NCBI GenBank assembly: GCA_036229005.1
Contig: JAZAMN010000056.1
Span: forward strand, 1-23,881
Length of the DNA: 23,881 nucleotides
Origin: Myxococcota bacterium
Lineage (GTDB): Bacteria > Myxococcota_A > UBA796 > CAJQPC01
Direction: 5' to 3'
Both the position numbers and the translations under genes were made by a program. Of this stretch, positions 16,954 to 23,881 are shown piece by piece (position 1 is the stretch's first letter; every line of letters begins with the position of its first letter). The notes beneath the pieces were generated by a model, which was not told the origin of the DNA, made no database searches, and was given only the letters and a program-made list of their open reading frames with translations.

Positions 16954-17427
16954 ATGGACGAGCTCACCCACATCGACCCGCAGGGCAACGCGCGCATGGT
17001 CGAGGTCGGCGGCAAGGCGATCAGCGCGCGCGAGGCCATCGCGGAGGGCTTCATCACCCTGGGCGCGCAGGCCTACGCCGCGATCACCGAGCGGCGCGTG
17101 AAGAAGGGGGACGTGCTGGCCATCGCTCAGCTCGCCGGCATCGCAGCGGCCAAGCGCACGCCGGAGCTCATCCCCCTCTGCCACCCGGTGCCCCTGACCG
17201 GCGTGAAGGTGGAGCTGGAGCCGGTCGGCGGGGGGCGGATCCGCGCCTGGGCCCGGGTGCGCTGCCAGTGGGTGACCGGCGTGGAGATGGAGGCGTTGAC
17301 CGCCGTGACCGCCGCGCTGCTCTCGGTCTACGACACCGTGAAGGCCATCGACAAGGGCCCGGAGATCGGTCCCGTGCGCTTGCTGGAGAAGCGGGGCGGC
17401 AAGTCGGGGGAGTGGCTGCGGGCCTGA
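16954..17427 (+). CDS. moaC: Cyclic pyranopterin monophosphate synthase MoaC, 157 aa
   Basis: [74 protein letters not shown] before ATG 16954. Confidence 0.96.
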   Translation: MDELTHIDPQGNARMVEVGGKAISAREAIAEGFITLGAQAYAAITERRVKKGDVLAIAQLAGIAAAKRTPELIPLCHPVPLTGVKVELEPVGGGRIRAWARVRCQWVTGVEMEALTAVTAALLSVYDTVKAIDKGPEIGPVRLLEKRGGKSGEWLRA

Positions 17428-17431
17428 GTCC

Positions 17432-17457
17432 GTCCCCCCGACAGAAGCCGGGGGGAC
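17432..17457. terminator. GC-rich stem-loop between convergent genes (possible bidirectional terminator)
   Basis: GTCCCCCCG - 8 nt - CGGGGGGAC; no U-tract on either side. Confidence 0.4.
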
Positions 17458-17482
17458 AGAGCCGGGGAGCAGCGCGTCTGGC

Positions 17483-18262
17483 TCAGGAACCCGAGACCAG
17501 GCCGCCGCCCAGATCCCAGTCGTAGTCGCCGTCGTCCTCGAGCGCGTCCAGGTCGCCTTCCTGGTTGATGTCGGTGCGCTCGGCGGTGACATCCACGATG
17601 ACCTGGGTGGTGCCGGAGATGCTCAGCTCGCACTCCCCGTTGGCGCAGTCGGCCTCCTCGTAGTCGTTGTCCACGAAACCGTTGTCGTCGTGGACCAGGT
17701 AGGTCGAGGCGGGGACCTGGGTGTCGTAGATGCCCACGTCATCGGCGGACCAGACGTCGGTCTCGGTCCAGGTGCGCTCCGCGGAGCTGATGACCTCCAT
17801 GGTGCCCGTGAAGGTGCCGCCGGCGCGGTCCAGGCGGAAGCGCAGGGTCTCGGTCTCGTCCGCGGTCTCGGTCAGCGAGTAGCCGTCCTCGTGCTGCTCG
17901 GTGCTGTCGGAGTTCACGAAGTTCTCGTAGGTGAACACCCAGTTGCCGCCGTCGCCCTTCTCACCCGTCAGGATCAGATCGTTGACGAACATGGCCGCCT
18001 GACCGCCCCCCAGGCCGACGATCTGGGCCACGAAGGTGTCGGTGTCCTGCTCGGTCTCGTAGGTGTAGGTCCAGGGGCTCTCGCCGCCGCTGCTGCCGCC
18101 GGGGCAGGAGGCGTCGTTGTAGTTCTCGCTGCAGTCGCTGTCGCTGTTGACGGTGTAGTCAGCGCTGACGAAGAAGATCCAGACGCCCTCCAGGGGGGAG
18201 GTGCCGAAAACGCAGCCGGTCTGGGTGCCGAGGCCCAGCAGGGCCAGAGTCAAGGGGGTCAT
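17483..18262 (-). CDS. Putative lipoprotein, very acidic and beta-rich, 259 aa
   Basis: MTPLTLALLGLGTQTGC; two Cys pairs; D/E/T-rich; GAGGAGA RBS. Confidence 0.8.
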   Translation of the reverse strand: MTPLTLALLGLGTQTGCVFGTSPLEGVWIFFVSADYTVNSDSDCSENYNDASCPGGSSGGESPWTYTYETEQDTDTFVAQIVGLGGGQAAMFVNDLILTGEKGDGGNWVFTYENFVNSDSTEQHEDGYSLTETADETETLRFRLDRAGGTFTGTMEVISSAERTWTETDVWSADDVGIYDTQVPASTYLVHDDNGFVDNDYEEADCANGECELSISGTTQVIVDVTAERTDINQEGDLDALEDDGDYDWDLGGGLVSGS

Positions 18263-18327
18263 GAGTGTCTCCTCTCAAGGGAAATCGGGGTTGCGGGTGC
18301 CACAACGCCCGAGCTGGGCGCCCCCTT

Positions 18328-19878
18328 TCACTCGATCCGAAACACCGCGCCACCCGCAGAGACATGCGCCGGCTCACCAAGCAGGGGAACTACGCGATCC
18401 ACCGCATCCTTCCGTACAAATACGGCCCCGATCCCAGCCCTCCGGAGCGCCTCTGGGTCCGCACCGGCGGGCATCGGGACATGCGGCGGCCCGGCCAGCC
18501 AGCGGCCCGTCGGGTTGGCCGTCACAGCGTGATCCGCGCCCGGTCGGTTGGGCGTGTGGGCCAGGGGCATTCCATGCAGGCGCTGCTCGAAGAGGGGACG
18601 CTGGAAGTGCACTCCAGGACCGCTGACCGGGAGGACGAGGAGGCGGCCAGGGGGTGGGTCCTCTCCCAGCTCCACCAACGCAGACTCCACAGGGACGCCA
18701 GTCACCGGGAGGGGCCATGGCATCGGCGAGGCCAGGGTCAGCTCGAGCGCCACAGCGGCCGCAGCCAGATAGCGCCAGCGCTGGGGCAGCCGCGCCGCAC
18801 CTCGTGCCGCCAACACGGCCAGAGCGAGTTGGGCTCCAAGCAGCAAGCGTGCGTGGTGATTCAACAAGCTCGCGATGGGCAGGCGCTGCTCCAACAAGAC
18901 CAGCGGGTTGTCGAGCCCCAGGTCGTTGCCGGCGAAGAAGAGCGCGCGCCCCGTGGACAGGCTCAGTGGGACCGCCAGCAACAGCCACCACCGGGAGCGC
19001 CCGCCGTAGACCGCGAGCAGGAGCACGATCCAGCCCAGGTACGCGGGGTGCAGGCGGATCAGCGGCCGCTCGGAGAGGTCGGCGGGGCCGGGAGTGATGA
19101 AGCTGGCCAGGTCCGCTCCCTGCCAGGGGTTCAGGCGCCAGCTCGGCTCGACCTGACGGGTGACCTGGCCCTGCCGGTGGCCCTCTCCAGACAGGCGCTC
19201 GCCCTGCAACATCGCTGCGGGGAGCGCGATGCAGAGCGCCAGGGCTGCGGCGCCGAGCTGCCCCTTCCAGGCGCTCGGGTCCTTGGCGATGCGCCAGATG
19301 CCCAGCACCAGCGCCATGCCCGCGCCGATGAAGGCCAGGTAGAGCCCGCACCACGCCGTCAGGCCCAGGAGCACACCGCCCACCAGGACCGCCGGCAGGC
19401 TCGCCGCCGAGAGCAGCCCCAGAGCCACCGCGAGCAGGCCCAGGCTCCAATCTTCGGTGAGGCCGCTGGCCAGGCTCCCCGCCAGCGCCGGTCCCAATGC
19501 CGCCACCAGCCCGCCCACCCAGGGATCCCCGTCCCAGCGGCGGGCCAGGGAGGCCCCGCCCCAGAAGGCCCCCGCGACCGCCAGCAGACCCAGCAGGTTC
19601 CAGCTCCAGGTGTAGCCGACCAGGCGTCCGCCCAATGCGCCGAGCAGCGTGGGGAGCGGATCGATGACCGGCCAGGGGTCCGCCCCCACGGCCAGCTCGG
19701 TGCCAGCGGGCCAGCCCGGGAGCGATTCGCCGTGCCACCACTGCACCCAGGCGTGGCCGTAGAGCTCCGCGCCGGAGTAGCCCAGCAGCGAGGGGCCGCC
19801 GCCCAACAGCCCAGCGCCGGCGATCGCCGCGCAGAGCAGCCCGCCAGCGATCCAGATCCAGGGTTTCAGGGTGCGCAC
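18328..19878 (-). CDS. Polytopic membrane protein, possibly GT-C-type glycosyltransferase-like, 516 aa
   Basis: More than 10 hydrophobic segments; acidic/aromatic first loop (AELYGHAWVQWW); soluble C-terminal domain. Function call is tentative. Confidence 0.65.
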   Translation of the reverse strand: MRTLKPWIWIAGGLLCAAIAGAGLLGGGPSLLGYSGAELYGHAWVQWWHGESLPGWPAGTELAVGADPWPVIDPLPTLLGALGGRLVGYTWSWNLLGLLAVAGAFWGGASLARRWDGDPWVGGLVAALGPALAGSLASGLTEDWSLGLLAVALGLLSAASLPAVLVGGVLLGLTAWCGLYLAFIGAGMALVLGIWRIAKDPSAWKGQLGAAALALCIALPAAMLQGERLSGEGHRQGQVTRQVEPSWRLNPWQGADLASFITPGPADLSERPLIRLHPAYLGWIVLLLAVYGGRSRWWLLLAVPLSLSTGRALFFAGNDLGLDNPLVLLEQRLPIASLLNHHARLLLGAQLALAVLAARGAARLPQRWRYLAAAAVALELTLASPMPWPLPVTGVPVESALVELGEDPPPGRLLVLPVSGPGVHFQRPLFEQRLHGMPLAHTPNRPGADHAVTANPTGRWLAGPPHVPMPAGADPEALRRAGIGAVFVRKDAVDRVVPLLGEPAHVSAGGAVFRIE

Positions 19879-19998
19879 AGGCAGACGCTACACCTTTGAC
19901 GAAAGCTCGGGGGCTCAACGCGCCTGGGAGGGGTTAGCTTCGCGCCCCCGAAAACCAGCCCGCGCTGAACCCTCAGACGCCTCTCAAGAAGGAGCCCC

Positions 19999-21906
19999 AT
20001 GGCCTCCTGGACCGCCTCCGACAGCAACGAGCTCTACAACATCCAAGGGTGGAGCCGGGGCTACTTCTCCGCCGCGCCCACCGGGCAGCTCATGGCCCAC
20101 CCCGCCGGCCCCGAGGGCGGCGCGATCGATCTGAGCGCCCTGGTCGCCGAGCTCGAGGAGCGGGGCATCCAGGCGCCGATCCTGCTGCGCTTCACGGACC
20201 TGCTGGGCGAGCGCGTGCAGACCATCGCGGGCGCCTTCGCCCAGAGCATCTCGGACTACGGCTACCAGGGCCGCTACCGGGGCGTCTACCCCATCAAGGT
20301 CAACCAGCAGGCCCAGCTCGTCGAGGACCTGGTCGAGGTGCTGCGTCCCCACCACATGGGCCTGGAGGCCGGCTCCAAGCCCGAGCTGCTGGTGACCCTG
20401 GCCCTGCTGGACGACCCCAAGGCCCTGATCATCTGCAACGGCTACAAGGACGAGGAGTACATCGAGACGGCCATGCTGGCCCAGAAGCTGGGTAGAAACC
20501 CCATCCTGGTCATCGAGAAGCTCTCCGAAGTCGACCTCATCATCGAGGTCGCCACCCGCACCGGCCTGCGCCCCCGCCTGGGCCTGCGCTCCAAGCTCTC
20601 CGCCATCGGCAAGGGCCACTGGGCCGACTCCTCCGGCGACAAGGCCAAGTTCGGGCTCACCGCCATGGACATGGTGGAGCTGGTCCGGCGCCTCAAGGAG
20701 GCCGGCTACCTGGACTGCCTGCAGCTCCTGCACTTCCACATCGGCTCGCAGATCAGCGCCATCCGCAGCTTCAAGGACGCCGTCAAGGAGGCCGGCCGCA
20801 CCTACACCGAGCTGGTGCGTCTGGGCGCCCCCATGGGCATCTTCGACGTGGGCGGCGGACTGGGCGTGGACTACGACGGCTCCCAGACCAACTTCCGCTC
20901 GTCCATGAACTACAGCGAGCAGGAGTACGCCAACGACATCGTCTCCGGCGTGCAGGCGGCCTGTGACAAGGCCAAGGTCCCCCACCCCGACATCGTCACC
21001 GAGACCGGCCGGGCCCTGGTCGCCCACCACGCGGCCCTGGTGTTCAACGTGCTCGGCGTGGCCCAGCTCCCCACCGAGTCCAAGCCCGTGACCCTGCCGG
21101 AGGACTCCCCCCAGCAGATCACCGACATGGCGGAGATCCTGGGGCAGGTCAACGCCCGCAACGTGCGCGAGTCCTGGCACGACGCCCTGGCCATCCGCAC
21201 CGAGGCGCGCAGCGCCTACACCCTGGGCCTGCTCAACCTGGAGCAGCGCGCTCTGCTCGAGCAGCTCTTCTGGCAGATCTGCGGCAAGGTGCGCGCGATC
21301 ATCCGGGACTTCGACTTCATCCCCGACGAGCTCCAGAAGCTGGAGCGCAGCCTGGCGGACACCTATTACTGCAACTTCTCGGTGTTCCAGTCGGTCCCCG
21401 ACTCCTGGGCCATCGGCCAGCTCTTCCCGGTGGTCCCCATCCACCGCCTCAACGAGGAGCCCACCCGCCGCGCCGTGCTCGCCGACATCACCTGCGACTC
21501 CGACGGCAAGCTGGACCGCTTCATCGACCGCCGCGAGCTCAAGAACGTGCTGGAGCTGCACCCCCTGCGCCCGCAGGAGGAGTACTACCTGGGCATCTTC
21601 CTGGTGGGCGCCTACCAGGAGATCCTGGGCGACCTGCACAACCTCTTCGGCGACACCAACGCCGTGCACGTGCGCCTGGAGGAGGACGGCGGCTTCGAGA
21701 TCGAGCACGTCTACGAGGGCGACACCGTGACCGAGGTCCTGGGCTACGTCGAGTACAGCCGCGACGCCCTGATCAAGCGCGTGCGCAACGCCTCCGAGCG
21801 GGCCCTCAAGCAGGGCAACATCACCCTCAAGGAGAGCCGCTCCCTGATGCGCCATTACCGCAGCGGGCTCGAGGGCTACACCTACCTGGAGCGCGACGTC
21901 AGCTAG
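19999..21906 (+). CDS. speA: Biosynthetic arginine decarboxylase, 635 aa
   Basis: YPIKVNQ (PLP lysine), GLEAGSKPEL, CNGYKD, HFHIGSQI, DVGGGLGVDYDGS, DITCDSDGK, GAYQEILGDLHNLFGDT; AAGGAG RBS. Confidence 0.98.
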   Translation: MASWTASDSNELYNIQGWSRGYFSAAPTGQLMAHPAGPEGGAIDLSALVAELEERGIQAPILLRFTDLLGERVQTIAGAFAQSISDYGYQGRYRGVYPIKVNQQAQLVEDLVEVLRPHHMGLEAGSKPELLVTLALLDDPKALIICNGYKDEEYIETAMLAQKLGRNPILVIEKLSEVDLIIEVATRTGLRPRLGLRSKLSAIGKGHWADSSGDKAKFGLTAMDMVELVRRLKEAGYLDCLQLLHFHIGSQISAIRSFKDAVKEAGRTYTELVRLGAPMGIFDVGGGLGVDYDGSQTNFRSSMNYSEQEYANDIVSGVQAACDKAKVPHPDIVTETGRALVAHHAALVFNVLGVAQLPTESKPVTLPEDSPQQITDMAEILGQVNARNVRESWHDALAIRTEARSAYTLGLLNLEQRALLEQLFWQICGKVRAIIRDFDFIPDELQKLERSLADTYYCNFSVFQSVPDSWAIGQLFPVVPIHRLNEEPTRRAVLADITCDSDGKLDRFIDRRELKNVLELHPLRPQEEYYLGIFLVGAYQEILGDLHNLFGDTNAVHVRLEEDGGFEIEHVYEGDTVTEVLGYVEYSRDALIKRVRNASERALKQGNITLKESRSLMRHYRSGLEGYTYLERDVS

Positions 21907-22082
21907 TGCTCCGGAGTATGGGTTCCGACACTCTTCGCGTGCCGGAACTCATGCTCCAGAGAACTATTGTCTTCTCCGGGGGACACCCCCGGAAATGCGC
22001 CTTCCGGCGCAGCCCCCGCGGGCCCACTCGGGCCCGTGTTCTGCCGGACAGGCCTGTTTGGAACTCTTGCCCGGCAGAACCA
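21904..22082 (-). mobile_element. Multi-hairpin interspersed element, copy 2 (179 bp, inverted relative to copy 1)
   Basis: Reverse complement aligns end to end with 15392-15571; begins at the speA TAG. Confidence 0.7.
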
Positions 22083-22099
22083 GTCAAAAAGGGGGGCCC

Positions 22100-22816
22100 A
22101 TGGGTGCCTTGAGCAAGGTCGGGAGGGGGCTCTTCTCCTCCCTGATGGAGACCCTGGGCCTGCAGCTCCGGCTGCTGCTCCTGCTGCTCGCCGAGGGCTT
22201 CGCCGCGGCCTTGCTCGCCCTGATCGTGGGCCTGCTGCGGGCGGAGTGGCTCCCCTTCGTCCTGATCGCCGAGCTGCTGGCGGCTCCAGTGGTCCTGGCG
22301 CTCTCTGTGGCCTGGGTCTGGCGGCGCTACGCTGAGCGCACCCTGGCCCCCCTCGACGCCCTGTTGGGAGAGCGCCTGGAGCGCGTCTCCGGTCGCATCG
22401 GGCCCCCCCGCTACACCTCCCCCGAGCGCCCCCGCAGCCCCCGCGCCCGGTACAGCCAACGCGCGCTGCTCATCGAGCTCGACTGCCCGGTCTCGCGGCG
22501 CTTCTCCGCCCGCATGCGGGAGGACGGCGTGCGCACCGAGGGGTTCCCGCACCGCCTGGTCGGCGACAGCGCGGTCGTGTTCGGCCCGGATCTGCCCAGC
22601 CTTGACCGCCTCCTGGCCCACCCGGGCGTCCCCCAAGCGCTCGACACGCTGCTCACCCAGGACGGCCACAGCCTCCGCAGCCTGATCCCCGGCCGGGGCG
22701 CGCTGATGTTCAGGGTGGTCCACCTCCCCCGAGAGGTCATGACGCCCGAGCTGGGCAACCGCTGGCTGGAGGCCCTGACCCTGCTCGCCGACGCCCTGGA
22801 GCGCGAGGGGGTCTGA
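22100..22816 (+). CDS. Membrane protein (2 TM plus soluble C-terminal domain), 238 aa, function unknown
   Basis: Start reassigned to ATG 22100 (AAGGGGGG upstream); paralogous to 22877-23605. Confidence 0.8.
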   Translation: MGALSKVGRGLFSSLMETLGLQLRLLLLLLAEGFAAALLALIVGLLRAEWLPFVLIAELLAAPVVLALSVAWVWRRYAERTLAPLDALLGERLERVSGRIGPPRYTSPERPRSPRARYSQRALLIELDCPVSRRFSARMREDGVRTEGFPHRLVGDSAVVFGPDLPSLDRLLAHPGVPQALDTLLTQDGHSLRSLIPGRGALMFRVVHLPREVMTPELGNRWLEALTLLADALEREGV

Positions 22817-22876
22817 GCAGGCCACGCGGCACCTCGCCTATGGGAGGATGTCCATGCGCCGGCTTGGAGGCCAAGG

Positions 22877-23605
22877 ATGGGAGAAGGTGAGAAGGTCGGT
22901 CGCGGGCTGCTCACCAACCTCAAGGCCTCCCTGGGAATCCGCGCGATGGCCACCGCGATGGTCCTGGGCGTGCTGGCCTGCATGGGGCTCCCGCTGCTCT
23001 GCGCGGGCCTGGTCGACGAGAAGCTCTTCCAGGTCGTCGGCCTGCTGGAGTTCATGGCCTTCCCCTTTGTCGTGGTCGGCGGCGCGCTGATCCTGGGCTC
23101 CAAGATGCGCGTGCGCGTGCTCGCCCCCCTCAAGGCCGGCCTGGACCCGCACCTGGGCCCGCACAAGGGCAACTTTGGGGCCGCGCACTGGAGCAACACC
23201 GAGCGCCCCCGCCCCGCGAGCGCCCGCTATTACAAGTACAACCTGCAGATCAAGGTGGACTGCGCCACCGCCCTCAAGCTCCAGGCGGGCCTGCAATCCA
23301 AGCTCGCCGCCACGGGGGGCCGCGCGAGCCGGGTGTTGGGTGAGCGCGTGCTGGTGCTGCTCGACAGCGAACGCGACCTGGACCGCCTGCTGGCCGTGCC
23401 TGGCGCCGCCGACGCCCTGGGGACCCTCATCGAACAGGACGGCCGCAGCCTGCGCAGCGTGTTCATCGGGCTGGACGGGCGGCTGGTGTTCATGACCAAG
23501 TACCTGAGCGCCGACCAGCTCACGGAGGAGAATGTGGGGAGGTGGCTGGACGCGCTGGACACCCTGGCCCACGGCCTGGAGAGGGTTGGCCCCAAGGCAG
23601 CTTGA
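22877..23605 (+). CDS. Membrane protein, tandem paralogue, 242 aa, function unknown
   Basis: Shares KVGRGL, LAPLxAxL, ERPRxxxARY, DC, LDRLLAxPG, QDGxSLRS and RWLxALxxLAxxLER with the upstream gene; GGAGG RBS. Confidence 0.85.
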   Translation: MGEGEKVGRGLLTNLKASLGIRAMATAMVLGVLACMGLPLLCAGLVDEKLFQVVGLLEFMAFPFVVVGGALILGSKMRVRVLAPLKAGLDPHLGPHKGNFGAAHWSNTERPRPASARYYKYNLQIKVDCATALKLQAGLQSKLAATGGRASRVLGERVLVLLDSERDLDRLLAVPGAADALGTLIEQDGRSLRSVFIGLDGRLVFMTKYLSADQLTEENVGRWLDALDTLAHGLERVGPKAA

Positions 23606-23640
23606 GGATCGGTCCGCCGGCGAGGTGGGGCTGGGCTTCC

Positions 23641-23760
23641 GAATCTGATTCCGATTCCAGGGTCGATTCGCGGGACGGTCCCGCGGGGCGTCCCCGAATC
23701 TGACCTCCGATTCCGATTTCAGGGTCGATTCGCGGGACGCAGTCCCTGAATCTGACCTCC
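23641..23760. repeat. 52-55-bp repeat units forming two imperfect hairpins separated by GATTCC-like linkers
   Basis: GAATCTGA at 23641, 23696 and 23748; AGGGTCGATTCGCGGGACG at 23659 and 23721, each pairing with a downstream GTCCC-Y-GAATC-T-GACCT. Confidence 0.8.
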
Positions 23761-23881
23761 GATTCCGATTCCGATTCCGATTCCGATTCCGATTCCGATT
23801 CCGATTCCGATTCCGATTCCGATTCCGATTCCGATTCCGATTCCGATTCCGATTCCGATTCCGATTCCGATTCCGATTCCG
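23758..23881. repeat. Perfect hexanucleotide microsatellite (GATTCC)n, at least 20 units, running off the window
   Basis: 23761-23880 is 20 uninterrupted copies of GATTCC. Confidence 0.97.

Noticed and set aside
19928..19974. Imperfect inverted repeat in the speA leader (GAGGGGTTAGC...GCTGAACCCTC)
   Set aside because: Short, imperfect and plausible by chance at high GC; it matches no regulatory RNA I can identify.
23641..23881. CRISPR array or telomere interpretation of the terminal repeats
   Set aside because: There are no unique spacers of constant length and no cas genes; the context is a bacterial chromosome and nothing shows a true replicon end.

Overview
GC-rich bacterial chromosomal segment. 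The gene set (FHA-sigma54 activator, hybrid kinases, short-signal lipoproteins) suggests Myxococcota/deltaproteobacteria, which is an inference. About 20 genes: an FHA-domain sigma54 enhancer-binding protein divergent from two tandem membrane hybrid histidine kinases; three tandem secreted helical paralogues built from a ~300-aa module; cydAB; moaC; speA; several lipoproteins and membrane proteins; and a terminal pair of membrane paralogues. The most unexplained structure is non-coding: a ~180-bp five-hairpin element present twice in inverted orientation (15392-15571, 21904-22082) plus a divergent relative at the window start, with ends that coincide with TAG stop codons. Other signals are a 78-bp near-identical RBS/signal-peptide block shared by two divergent secreted proteins, five apparently leaderless promoters, and a hairpin/GATTCC repeat array running off the right edge. 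No transposase, integrase, cas gene, tRNA or rRNA was recognised. All calls are by eye, with no database searches.
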